Below, piece by piece: positions 1-8,536 of a stretch of DNA of 32,000 nt. The translations under genes and the position numbers were made by a program. The notes under the pieces were generated by a model. The model was not told where the DNA came from and did no database searches. It worked only from the letters and a program-made list of their open reading frames with translations. Within the stretch, counting starts at the first letter, position 1, and each line of letters starts with the position of its first letter. This stretch comes from Candidatus Scalindua sp. (lineage in GTDB: Bacteria; Planctomycetota; Brocadiia; Brocadiales; Scalinduaceae): NCBI GenBank assembly GCA_031316235.1, contig JALDRA010000001.1, forward strand, positions 2,910,001 through 2,942,000, written 5' to 3'.

Positions 1-375
1 TCCGAAGTACGGATTCAGCTGAATCCACCCGAACTTGGAAACCTGAAACTGGAATTTACCGTTGTGGATGATGTTATCGAGACAAAAATTTCCGTAGAGA
101 AGTCAATGATAAAGGAGATAATCGAGAAGGATATTCCCCGGCTGCGAGAGCTTCTTTCGAATGCGGATGTCGATGTTGGAAGGTTTGATGTTTTTCTTCA
201 AGAGAAAGAAGGAGCAAGGCAGGATTTTATGAACAAGGGGTTTCTCTCAGATACCAGTAGTAAGGAGGAGGAAAACCCTGCAGATGGAGGCAATGACAAT
301 ATTCACGAAGAGGGAGTTGATGATGTGTTGGAACAGAATACCGTAATCTCTAGCAGAATTAACTATCTTGTATGA
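1..375 (+). CDS. fliK: Flagellar hook-length control protein FliK, C-terminal fragment (5' end lies outside the window)
   Basis: Frame 1 is open from nt 1 (SEVRIQLNPPELGNLKLEFTVVDDVIETKISVEK..IPRLRELLSNADVDVGRFDV). This is the L-x-P-x-ELG-x-L core of the FliK C-terminal (Flg_hook) domain. It lies directly upstream of flgD-flgE. Stop TGA at 373-375. Confidence 0.7.
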   Translation, partial: SEVRIQLNPPELGNLKLEFTVVDDVIETKISVEKSMIKEIIEKDIPRLRELLSNADVDVGRFDVFLQEKEGARQDFMNKGFLSDTSSKEEENPADGGNDNIHEEGVDDVLEQNTVISSRINYLV

Positions 376-388
376 AAGAGAGGTAAAA

Positions 389-811
389 ATGGACGTTTCG
401 AGTGTAGGTAATTCCAATGTAGACAAAGAGGCTTTTTTGCGATTATTTACAACACAATTAAAGAATCAAAGTCCAATGGATCCGCTGAAAGGGCACGATT
501 TTATAGCACAGTTAGCGCAGTTCAGTTCACTTGAACAACTTACTAATCTTAACACCTCATTTTCAGGGGTGCTAGAGTCTCAAAAAGAGCTGAAGGAAGA
601 TTTCAGCACTGCACTGTCCGGTTTGACAAAGACCCAGCAGGTATTCAGCGGGGGAGAGCTTATCGGGAAGAAGGTGGAATACACAGATCCTGACTCTCCT
701 CTTGAAGTGTCAGAGGGGAAAATCGAAAAAATTTCCCTTAATAATGACAACGTTTCGGTTGTAATAGACAAAAAAGAGATACCTCTGTCAAGTATACGGG
801 GAATATTATAG
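389..811 (+). CDS. flgD: Flagellar hook capping/assembly protein FlgD
   Basis: The ORF opens at TTG 368, but ATG 389 preceded by GAGAGG is the likelier start. KEAFLRLFTTQLKNQSPMDPLKGHDFIAQLAQFSSLEQL is the conserved FlgD N-terminal motif. It sits between fliK and flgE. Confidence 0.85.
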   Translation: MDVSSVGNSNVDKEAFLRLFTTQLKNQSPMDPLKGHDFIAQLAQFSSLEQLTNLNTSFSGVLESQKELKEDFSTALSGLTKTQQVFSGGELIGKKVEYTDPDSPLEVSEGKIEKISLNNDNVSVVIDKKEIPLSSIRGIL

Positions 812-925
812 TACCTGTTACCTGACCTTTTGCACTATTCATTGATTTTGCGTTATGTGTTTTAACCAGCTAAGCGGACAACCTGTTATACCGTCTTAAC
901 TATTTTTTTTGAAAGGAGCGATGAA

Positions 926-2578
926 ATGGCATTATCTTCAATGGCTGCTGCCGTATCAGGACTTAAGGCTGCTCAAACGGCCTTAAGCGTTATCGGTGAC
1001 AATCTGGCTAATTTAAATACAGCTGGTTTCAAGTCATCCAGAACAACTTTTTCTGACCAATTCGCCCAAACCCTGAGATCTGCTCAAGCCCCTGGTAATG
1101 GACTGGGCGGTAAAAATCCTGTGCAGATAGGCTCGGGGACCTCGGTTTCAAGTATTGACATGGATTTTACCCAGGGGGGACTGACTCCAACAGGGAAACC
1201 CTTCGACCTGGCCATAGAGGGAGAGGGGTTTTTTATCCTTACGGATGGAGTTGGAGATACCTATACAAGGGTTGGAGCCTTTGATCTTGACAAAAATGAC
1301 GATCTCGTAGATTCAGCTTCAGGCCTCAAGGTAAAGGGGATAAATGGCTCAGCCATCAATGTCCCTGTAAATTCGACTGTGCCGGCGAAGGCTACAACAA
1401 AAATAAATTTGTCTGGCAACCTTAATTCCACGATTTCGGCAAATGCCGTTAACCAGGTACTGGAGTCTTCCAGTGCATACACGGTAGCCGGGCCTGCAAA
1501 TGCAGTTGCTGCAAGTCTCTTGAATGATCTTACGCAAAATACAATAGACTATGTTGCAGGAGATAAGATTACGATAACCGGTTCTGAAGCAGATGGTGTT
1601 TCCGTGAATACAACCTTTACTTATGGGACCAGCACCGGGCAGGATGGTACTACACTGGGAGATCTGCGTGACTTTATATCAAGCAGCTTCGGGTCAGCAA
1701 CGGCTTCAATCTCAAGTGGAAAAATAGTCCTTACCTCCGATGCTCCAGGCGAACAGAACAGCAGAATGAGCTTGAGTATTGCCGATGCTTCTTCGGGAAA
1801 TACGGGAGCGACAACCTTCATTACGAATGCCGAGACGGTAGCCGGAAGCGGGAAGGCGCATACGACCACAGCTTCAATCTTTGATTCAAAAGGGGTGCAG
1901 AACTCAGTTACCCTTACCTTTGAAAAAACCGCTGCTGATACATGGGATGTAACCGGTACCATGAAGGCCGGTACCGGTACTGTAACCGATGGTATCACGG
2001 GAATAAATTTTAACAGTACCGACGGCTCATTTGCATCTGTTACGGGTACTTCAACGATTACGGTAACCTATCCCGATTCCACAACACAGGTTATCACCCT
2101 GGACTTCGGCCAGCCAAATTCTTTTGAGGGTGTTAGTCAATTCAGTGGTGACGGTAATAACAGCAGCGATAGTCAAACGGTGGGAACGGTGGCACAGTTT
2201 CGTCAAGACGGTTATAAAGCAGGATTCTTCAGTTCGGCAACGGTGAATGCGGATGGAAAGGTTATTACAATATTTACGAACGGTATAGCAGAGACTGTAG
2301 CACAACTGCAGATGGCAACGTTCAGTAATCCGGCAGGTTTGACGAAGATTGGTGGTAATAAATTTGCGTTAAATGTCTCCTCTGGTGAACCGGTACTCCA
2401 GACAGCAGGTGCAGGAAGAACTGGGCGGATCATAGACGGTCAATTAGAAAGCTCTAATGTTGATTTGGCCCAGGAGTTTACGAGTCTGATTACGACACAA
2501 CGGTCATTCCAGGCTAATGCCCGTACCATCACGACCACTGATGAGATGCTTCAGGAATTAGTTAATCTGGTAAGGTAA
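926..2578 (+). CDS. flgE: Flagellar hook protein FlgE
   Basis: N-terminal rod/hook motif GDNLANLNTAGFKSSR and C-terminal LESSNVDLAQEFTSLITTQRSFQANARTITTTDEMLQELVNL. 550 aa with a Ser/Thr/Gly-rich central part. AAAGGAG lies 7 nt upstream of the ATG. Confidence 0.92.
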   Translation: MALSSMAAAVSGLKAAQTALSVIGDNLANLNTAGFKSSRTTFSDQFAQTLRSAQAPGNGLGGKNPVQIGSGTSVSSIDMDFTQGGLTPTGKPFDLAIEGEGFFILTDGVGDTYTRVGAFDLDKNDDLVDSASGLKVKGINGSAINVPVNSTVPAKATTKINLSGNLNSTISANAVNQVLESSSAYTVAGPANAVAASLLNDLTQNTIDYVAGDKITITGSEADGVSVNTTFTYGTSTGQDGTTLGDLRDFISSSFGSATASISSGKIVLTSDAPGEQNSRMSLSIADASSGNTGATTFITNAETVAGSGKAHTTTASIFDSKGVQNSVTLTFEKTAADTWDVTGTMKAGTGTVTDGITGINFNSTDGSFASVTGTSTITVTYPDSTTQVITLDFGQPNSFEGVSQFSGDGNNSSDSQTVGTVAQFRQDGYKAGFFSSATVNADGKVITIFTNGIAETVAQLQMATFSNPAGLTKIGGNKFALNVSSGEPVLQTAGAGRTGRIIDGQLESSNVDLAQEFTSLITTQRSFQANARTITTTDEMLQELVNLVR

Positions 2579-2606
2579 CACTGATACCCCGCCCCCTCAT
2601 GGCTTA

Positions 2607-2650
2607 ATCCTGGATTGAGCGGTTTATTGTTAATCCTCTCAATTCAGGAT
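2607..2650 (+). terminator. Imperfect 13-bp inverted repeat just 3' of flgE (possible terminator/attenuator)
   Basis: ATCCTGGATTGAG (2607-2619) pairs with CTCAATTCAGGAT (2638-2650) with one mismatch and an 18-nt loop. No U-tract follows, so its function is uncertain. Confidence 0.25.
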
Positions 2651-2887
2651 CGCAATAAGTTTATATGAATTACGGTTTGCAGGAATTCCTTGAAATCAGT
2701 GAAAACAGGGGAGGGAATGTTTTTCACAAAATGTGGAAAAAATTGTCATGGATGCATCAGCAGTTCAAGATCTTTCAGCAAAGGCATTACGTCAAGCACA
2801 AATGATAATTAACATAACCACAAACTATACAGACTATTATGAAAAAAATTATGAGAAAAAGCTGTTTATCTTTATTTTGTTTGTTTT

Positions 2888-2903
2888 TGGCATAGAAGTA
2901 GCT
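2888..2903 (+). promoter_or_regulatory. Candidate sigma54 (-24/-12) promoter for the flgF-led operon
   Basis: TGGCAT-AGAAG-TAGCT compared with consensus TGGCAC-N5-TTGCW. GG and GC have the correct 12-nt register. It lies ~67 nt upstream of the flgF ATG, inside a 391-bp flgE-flgF spacer. Confidence 0.35.
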
Positions 2904-2969
2904 CTATCAAAGAAGGTAGTTGATTGAGGGATCAGTACCTAAAGAAAAAAGATTGCAGAAAGGTAAAAA

Positions 2970-3683
2970 ATGATTGATGGGATCTATCTGGCAGCTTCCG
3001 GACTTGACGCATACACAAAAAAACAGGAAGTAATCGCCTCAAATCTGGCCAACACAAATACCGCAGGTTTTAAAAAGTATATGGCGGATTTCACTATCAA
3101 AACAGAAGAGGCGGGCGGAGTTGGAACGGTCAGTGCAGACGTAAGTATTGATTTTGCCAAAGGGGATCTGACCTATACCGGGAACAGTCTCGATATGGCA
3201 ATTGATGGTGAGGGGTTTTTTACCATTGAGACAGATCAGGGTTTGAGATATACACGAAACGGTCAGTTTCAACTCTCCGGCAAAGGTGAGATAGTAACCG
3301 CGAACGGCGGAAAGGTGTTAGGGCAGAATGGGCCACTGATAATACCGAAGGGTGCAGGTTCGGTTACCATAGATGGTACAGGAAAGATTAAGGGTGGAAA
3401 TAATGCGATTGGAGAGTTGCTGATTAACAGTTTTACGGAAATGTCTTCACTGATTCCAGCAGGTTCAGGCTTATACAGTGCATCAGACATAGCGGTCCTG
3501 GATACGAATAATCTGGACTTTAAGATTGAACAGGGTTACCTGGAAAAATCGAATGTTAATGTTGTAATGGAAATGGTGGATATGATCGAAAACATGAGAA
3601 GTTACGAAGTGAGCAACTACATCATCAAGAATTTCAGCGATACTCTGCAACAGTTAATCAGCAGCCAGTCAAATGCTGTCTAA
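2970..3683 (+). CDS. flgF: Flagellar basal-body rod protein FlgF
   Basis: N-terminal SNLANTNTAGFKK and C-terminal GYLEKSNVNVVMEMVDMIENMRSYE rod-family motifs. 237 aa, immediately upstream of flgG. Confidence 0.85.
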   Translation: MIDGIYLAASGLDAYTKKQEVIASNLANTNTAGFKKYMADFTIKTEEAGGVGTVSADVSIDFAKGDLTYTGNSLDMAIDGEGFFTIETDQGLRYTRNGQFQLSGKGEIVTANGGKVLGQNGPLIIPKGAGSVTIDGTGKIKGGNNAIGELLINSFTEMSSLIPAGSGLYSASDIAVLDTNNLDFKIEQGYLEKSNVNVVMEMVDMIENMRSYEVSNYIIKNFSDTLQQLISSQSNAV

Positions 3684-3708
3684 TGGTACTTTGGGTTAAG
3701 GAGAAAAT

Positions 3709-4494
3709 ATGATTAAGGCATTGTATACAAGTGCTACGGGAATGAAGGCGCACCAATTCCTGTTAGATGTGGTGTCTAACAACCTTGCTAATGTTAATAC
3801 CACAGGCTTTAAAAGAGTGCAGGCAAACTTCCAGGACTTGTTATACGACAAATCTGTAGCTGCCGGTGCAGAATCTTCCCAGGGAGTTCAGACACCATCA
3901 GGCCTCGAGGTAGGGAGTGGAACTCGAGTTGTCTCCACAAGCAAGGTCTTTACTCAAGGTGTGCCTCAAAACACGGGAAGATCATTGGATATGTCTATCC
4001 AGGGACCCGGTTTTTTCCAGGTTTCACATCCTGACGGGAGCACTGTATACACCCGTGACGGCTCATTTCAGCTCAACAGCAATGGTGAGCTGGTTAATTC
4101 AGAAGGGCTCAGGCTTGATCCTTCCACGACAATTCAAGGTGACGTTATAGCCATTAATATCGGTTCTGATGGAACTGTTTCAACCCAGAAATCAGACGGG
4201 AGCACTCAATCGGTAGGACAAATAACGCTGTCTACTTTTCCGAATCCTGCCGGATTGGACAGTCTCGGGAGAAACCTCTTCAGAGAGACTACAGCATCTG
4301 GTACTCCACAAACGGGAACGCCGGGTTTGAATGGTATTGGAGAAATAATGCAGGGTTTTCTGGAAAGTTCTAATGTTGAGGTGGTGACTGAATTGGTAAA
4401 CCTCATCGTTGCACAACGGGCATATGAAACAAGCTCAAGGGCAATCAGGGCAAGTGATGAGATGCTCCAGACGACAAGCCAGATCATCAGGTAA
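3709..4494 (+). CDS. flgG: Flagellar distal rod protein FlgG
   Basis: MIKALYTSATGMKAHQ..SNNLANVNTTGFKR and C-terminal GFLESSNVEVVTELVNLIVAQRAYETSSRAIRASDEMLQ. The 261-aa length is typical for FlgG. AGGAG lies upstream. Confidence 0.92.
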   Translation: MIKALYTSATGMKAHQFLLDVVSNNLANVNTTGFKRVQANFQDLLYDKSVAAGAESSQGVQTPSGLEVGSGTRVVSTSKVFTQGVPQNTGRSLDMSIQGPGFFQVSHPDGSTVYTRDGSFQLNSNGELVNSEGLRLDPSTTIQGDVIAINIGSDGTVSTQKSDGSTQSVGQITLSTFPNPAGLDSLGRNLFRETTASGTPQTGTPGLNGIGEIMQGFLESSNVEVVTELVNLIVAQRAYETSSRAIRASDEMLQTTSQIIR

Positions 4495-4644
4495 TAGCAT
4501 GGGCTTCCTGGTAAAATTCTGAGAAAATACAGCTCAAAAAGGTAACGTTGAAAAGAGAATAATGAATAAAGTTATGGGTCTTCTTTAACAAAGTAAGTTC
4601 AGAGGTAATTTTTTGTCATCAGGTATTTCTAAAGGAGTGAGGCA

Positions 4645-5616
4645 TTGAAAGGTAAGTTTTTCGTGTGTGTTGTGGTAACTTTTTGCTTGGCTGTTGGCGC
4701 TGCCCGGGCGAGCCAGATTGAAATAGACATAAGAGATAAGGTTACTCTCAAGGAAAAAATAATCACAATACGTGATATCTCTCAAGTTACCGGAGATGAT
4801 GATAATTTGATAAAGCAAATCAATGAATTGGAAGTGGGGAGAACTCCATGGCCAAATAACCAGAGGAGGATAGACAGGGATTTCCTGAAGATGAGGTTGG
4901 TGGGTTCCGGTATCAGCTTATCTGATATCATTTTCGAAGGTTCAAAGATGGCGGTAGTATCGGTTGAATCGACGAAAATAACGGAGACTGAAATAGTAGA
5001 AAAGGCGAAGGAACATTTGATCTTCTCGCTGCAGGCACTTAACAGGGATATTACGATAGAATTAAGGAGAACTCCCGGTGATCGATGGGTGACAAAGAGC
5101 AGGGACGAAATATATCTTGAGTCTTCACTTGCCGATACCAATAAAATGAGAGGGAATCTGGTCGTCATGGTTACGGCTTATTCAGAGGGCATTCCGCTAT
5201 TCAAAATACCGGTTCATTTTAGAGTAAGGGTATTTGAATTTATTGCTATTACGAAGAGCAAGGTGGATCGGCACAAAAGTTTAACAAGTGAGAATGTCTT
5301 CCTGGCAAGGAGAGAAACGACAAAAGTACAGGGATCAATTTTTTCAAACATCGATGATTTAAAAGGTAAGATAACCAACCGTCCGGTGGTACCATTTACC
5401 GTAATCACTGAAGAAATTATTGATACTCCTCCGACGATTAGAAAAGGGGACATTGTTAAATTATATATCAAGACAGAAAATTTTAAAATTGTTACCAAGG
5501 GATTAGCGGAAGAAAATGGGGTTACGGGTGACATAATCAAGGTGAAAAATTTTGATACAAAGAAAGTGATTCACGGGAGAATTGCCGACGAAGTAAATGT
5601 TCAGATAATATTCTAG
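4645..5616 (+). CDS. flgA: Flagellar P-ring assembly chaperone FlgA
   Basis: TTG start after AAAGGAG. Signal peptide ..CLAVGAARA/SQ. C-terminal SAF/FlgA-type segment TIRKGDIVKLYIKTENFKIVTKGLAEENGVTGDIIKVKN. Located just before flgH-flgI. Confidence 0.8.
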   Translation: MKGKFFVCVVVTFCLAVGAARASQIEIDIRDKVTLKEKIITIRDISQVTGDDDNLIKQINELEVGRTPWPNNQRRIDRDFLKMRLVGSGISLSDIIFEGSKMAVVSVESTKITETEIVEKAKEHLIFSLQALNRDITIELRRTPGDRWVTKSRDEIYLESSLADTNKMRGNLVVMVTAYSEGIPLFKIPVHFRVRVFEFIAITKSKVDRHKSLTSENVFLARRETTKVQGSIFSNIDDLKGKITNRPVVPFTVITEEIIDTPPTIRKGDIVKLYIKTENFKIVTKGLAEENGVTGDIIKVKNFDTKKVIHGRIADEVNVQIIF

Positions 5617-5645
5617 TTTCCGTATTATTCAGAGAGAGATCTGCT

Positions 5646-6305
5646 ATGTTGAAATACTGTTTCATTTTTATTCTGACGGTTGCTTTTAAAATATTTGTAT
5701 TTGCTGGTGTGGATTCTGTCACTGCTGATTCATTGTGGGAGAGAAGGGCTACCATAAACTACAATCTGTTTGATGATAACAGAGCGAAAAGAATAGGAGA
5801 TATCGTTACCGTAATTGTAATTGAAGAGACAAACATAGACAACGATGAGGATGCTTCTACAGATAATTCAAGTAAATTCTCCGGGGAAGTTAATAATAAT
5901 GCCTTTTTGGATGGAGTTATCTCTGGATTAACCAAGGGGCGTAACGCAAGGTTCGATTCCAGGGCAGCTAATAATTTTACAGGTAATCTCTCTACTAATT
6001 TTAAAGGAAAGGGGTCCTATGACAGCACACGGAGGATTAATCTGAGTTTTACCGCAATGATAATAGAAGTTCTTGACAATGGCAATCTTGTTATGGAAGG
6101 GAAAAGAGACGTAGATGTAAATAAAGAGAAATATAATTTGAAACTCACAGGTATTGCCAGGCCGATAGATATATCGCCAGGCAATACAATACTATCGAGC
6201 CAGATGTCAAATGTAAATTTTGGCATTGAAGGGAAAGGCTGGCTGACAAGATCAGGGAAAAAGGGGTGGTTTAACAGGTTTCAGGATATTTTCTGGCCGT
6301 TCTGA
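5646..6305 (+). CDS. flgH: Flagellar L-ring protein FlgH
   Basis: SLWE..LFDDNRAKRIGDIVTVIVIEET and NLVMEGKRDVDVNKEKYNLKLTGIARPIDISPGNTILSSQMSN match the FlgH signature. It has an N-terminal signal peptide but no lipobox Cys. Confidence 0.88.
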   Translation: MLKYCFIFILTVAFKIFVFAGVDSVTADSLWERRATINYNLFDDNRAKRIGDIVTVIVIEETNIDNDEDASTDNSSKFSGEVNNNAFLDGVISGLTKGRNARFDSRAANNFTGNLSTNFKGKGSYDSTRRINLSFTAMIIEVLDNGNLVMEGKRDVDVNKEKYNLKLTGIARPIDISPGNTILSSQMSNVNFGIEGKGWLTRSGKKGWFNRFQDIFWPF

Positions 6306-6345
6306 GGTAAAATTTTATAACCACAAGAGTGAGAATAAAAAGAGG

Positions 6346-7500
6346 TTGTTGATTATGTTTCATGGATTCTCAATGCATCGTTACTGTTTCTGTATTATCG
6401 TGCTGATTGTAACACTTGCTTTTACCACTGCACCGGTAGTCCACGGAGAGATAATTACTCGTGTTAAAGACATTTCAAGTATTCAGGGTATGAGAGATAA
6501 TTACTTATTTGGTTATGGGCTCATCGTGGGGTTGCAGGGTACCGGGGACAGTACTAGCTTTGGCTTTACAAGCAGATTGGCCAAGAACGTCTTTGAGAAA
6601 CTTGGTGTCGTGACAACCGATGAAGACTTCGACTCAAAGAACATTGCGGCAGTCCTTGTGACTGCTCAAGTTCACTCATTTGCAAAACCAGGAGACAGGA
6701 TAGACCTCCTTTTGTCCTCGGTTGGTGATGCAAAAAGCCTTGAGGGAGGTGTGCTTGTCCATACCGTACTTCAGGGTATAGACAATGAAGTATATGCGGT
6801 TGCACAAGGTCCGCTGTCTATTGGAGGAGGATTCAATGTCGGAGGGAAGGCAGCAGATACAAGGAAAAACATAGCAACAACTGCCAACATTCCAAACGGT
6901 GCCTTCATTGAAAAGGAGATACCGGTTCATCTCTTTTTCGGTAATGCCATCAGGGTAAATCTGCATGAATCTGATTTTACTACCGCCAGGCGTTTGATGA
7001 ACGTTGTAAATTCCAAGTATCCAGGGGCTGCTCAAGCCATCAGCGCTGCCAATGTAGAGATTACACCCCCTAAAGAATTTCGAACAATGAATATGATTAC
7101 GCAGTTTATTTCCCAGATAGAAGAGCTGCCTGTTACACCGGATGCAATTGCCCGTGTTATTATTAATGAAAGGACAGGGACGATTGTGGCGGGAGAAAAT
7201 GTGAGAATCTCAACAGTGGCTATAGCCCACGGCAGCCTTACTATTACAATAAATGAACGGCAGGAGGTCTCGCAACCGGGTCCTTTTGCCCCGGCAAGTG
7301 CTACTACCGAGGTACTGGACCGCACCTCTATTGATATTGGGGAGGAAGAGGGGAAACTCAATGTTATACCTGAAGGTGCAACTATCTCGGAAATAGCCCG
7401 AGGCTTAAATGTCCTTGGTGTTACACCACGAGACCTGATTGCAATATTTCAGGCAATTCAAAAAGCAGGTGCCCTTCATGCAGAACTGATATTAATGTAA
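6346..7500 (+). CDS. flgI: Flagellar P-ring protein FlgI
   Basis: RVKDISSIQGMRDNYLFGYGLIVGLQGTGDS and C-terminal ARGLNVLGVTPRDLIAIFQAIQKAGALHAELILM. TTG 6346 opens the ORF. ATG 6355 (after AAGAGG) or ATG 6373 are alternative starts. Confidence 0.92.
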   Translation: MLIMFHGFSMHRYCFCIIVLIVTLAFTTAPVVHGEIITRVKDISSIQGMRDNYLFGYGLIVGLQGTGDSTSFGFTSRLAKNVFEKLGVVTTDEDFDSKNIAAVLVTAQVHSFAKPGDRIDLLLSSVGDAKSLEGGVLVHTVLQGIDNEVYAVAQGPLSIGGGFNVGGKAADTRKNIATTANIPNGAFIEKEIPVHLFFGNAIRVNLHESDFTTARRLMNVVNSKYPGAAQAISAANVEITPPKEFRTMNMITQFISQIEELPVTPDAIARVIINERTGTIVAGENVRISTVAIAHGSLTITINERQEVSQPGPFAPASATTEVLDRTSIDIGEEEGKLNVIPEGATISEIARGLNVLGVTPRDLIAIFQAIQKAGALHAELILM

Positions 7501-7545
7501 AATATTGAATAGCTCTGTAGTATTTATGTTTTCAGGAGGCAAGGC

Positions 7546-7860
7546 ATGGATATACCATTCGATAGTGGTTCGATAATGAATACAGAAAAAGTAGAGGCAT
7601 CAAAGGCTATAGTAAAAAACAAGGCTGATAATCTCTCTTCTGCCGAACTGAAGAGTGCCGCACAGGGCTTTGAGGCAATAATGGTGAATATGCTGGTCCA
7701 GGCAATGTGGAAAACCATACCTGAATCCGGATTATTTGAAAAAAACAGTGCTTCGGACATCTATGAAGGGATTACTCTCACCGCTCTTTCAGATGAAATA
7801 GCCAAGGGTGGCGGCTTCGGTATTGCAGATATGCTTTACCGGCAGATGAGAAAAGAATAG
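7546..7860 (+). CDS. flgJ: Rod-binding protein (FlgJ N-terminal-domain homologue, no muramidase domain)
   Basis: AAQGFEAIMVNMLVQAMWKT..GGGFGIADMLYRQM is the rod-binding domain. The protein is only 104 aa and sits in the flgJ position after flgI. Confidence 0.8.
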   Translation: MDIPFDSGSIMNTEKVEASKAIVKNKADNLSSAELKSAAQGFEAIMVNMLVQAMWKTIPESGLFEKNSASDIYEGITLTALSDEIAKGGGFGIADMLYRQMRKE

Positions 7861-7930
7861 GTTATTATTATATCCTCTTAGAGAAACGGGATATTGAATA
7901 ATTAAAAACCATTGTGAGGAGAAGACAGGC

Positions 7931-8431
7931 TTGGATGAGTTGTTAGAGAATTTATTCGATACCTTAGACAGGATGACAGCGGTTTATAAAGAGATGCTGC
8001 AAGCTGCGGAAGAGAAGCAGGAGCATATTATTTCCGGAGATATTGACAAGCTTGAAGCCGTCATCTTCAGGGAGCGGAATATGGCAGAGAGAATCGTTCT
8101 TCTGGAACAAAAGCGAAGATACGTAATGGAGTCGTTAGCCCAACAAAGTGGAAGGCGTGACACTTCGTCATCTCTTCAAAGGCTTGCAGAGCAGATTGAA
8201 TACCCATTTCGAAGTAAATTGGAGATGAAACGTGAAACAATTATTGCAGCAGCCCTGAAGGTCCAGGAAGTGAACAACGTTAATACATCGCTCACACGAT
8301 ATTCACTTGAATATGTGAACAGTCTTATAAAGTCTTTGTGCTCTGAACCTTTGGACAATACTATTTACCAGCAGACCGGTAAGGTAAAAGCAGGAGATCT
8401 GAAAAGAATCGTCTTCGAGGCAAGTGCCTGA
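7931..8431 (+). CDS. flgN: FlgN-like flagellar export chaperone (for FlgK/FlgL)
   Basis: A 166-aa Glu/Leu-rich, apparently helical protein (LDRMTAVYKEMLQAAEEKQEHIISGDIDKLEAV..) in the slot immediately before flgK. TTG start after GAGGAG. The assignment is largely positional. Confidence 0.55.
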   Translation: MDELLENLFDTLDRMTAVYKEMLQAAEEKQEHIISGDIDKLEAVIFRERNMAERIVLLEQKRRYVMESLAQQSGRRDTSSSLQRLAEQIEYPFRSKLEMKRETIIAAALKVQEVNNVNTSLTRYSLEYVNSLIKSLCSEPLDNTIYQQTGKVKAGDLKRIVFEASA

Positions 8432-8449
8432 AAACTTTCAGGCACTTGC
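8420..8449 (+). terminator. Perfect 14-bp inverted repeat overlapping the flgN-like stop codon, followed by a T-rich tract
   Basis: GCAAGTGCCTGAAA-AC-TTTCAGGCACTTGC. The innermost pairs would open to form the loop. Followed by ATGGGAGTGTTTGTTCTT. Could act as an intrinsic terminator or attenuator before flgK. Confidence 0.45.
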
Positions 8450-8536
8450 ATGGGAGTGTTTGTTCTTAAATACAGGTATCTGTATGAAGTGGCAGACAAA
8501 TAATTGTAACAGACAGAATTGAAAGACAGGTAAAAT

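Noticed and set aside
2733-2927. 64-aa ORF in the flgE-flgF spacer
   Set aside because: It has a GTG start without an SD, an AT-rich low-complexity product and no recognisable motif. It overlaps the candidate sigma54 promoter. Treated as non-coding leader/promoter DNA.
7861-7930. sigma28-type promoter (TAAA-N15-GCCGATAA) before the flgN-like gene and flgK
   Set aside because: Only CGGGATAT (near 7887) loosely resembles the -10 box, and no TAAA lies at the right spacing. Nothing convincing was found in 8432-8536 either.
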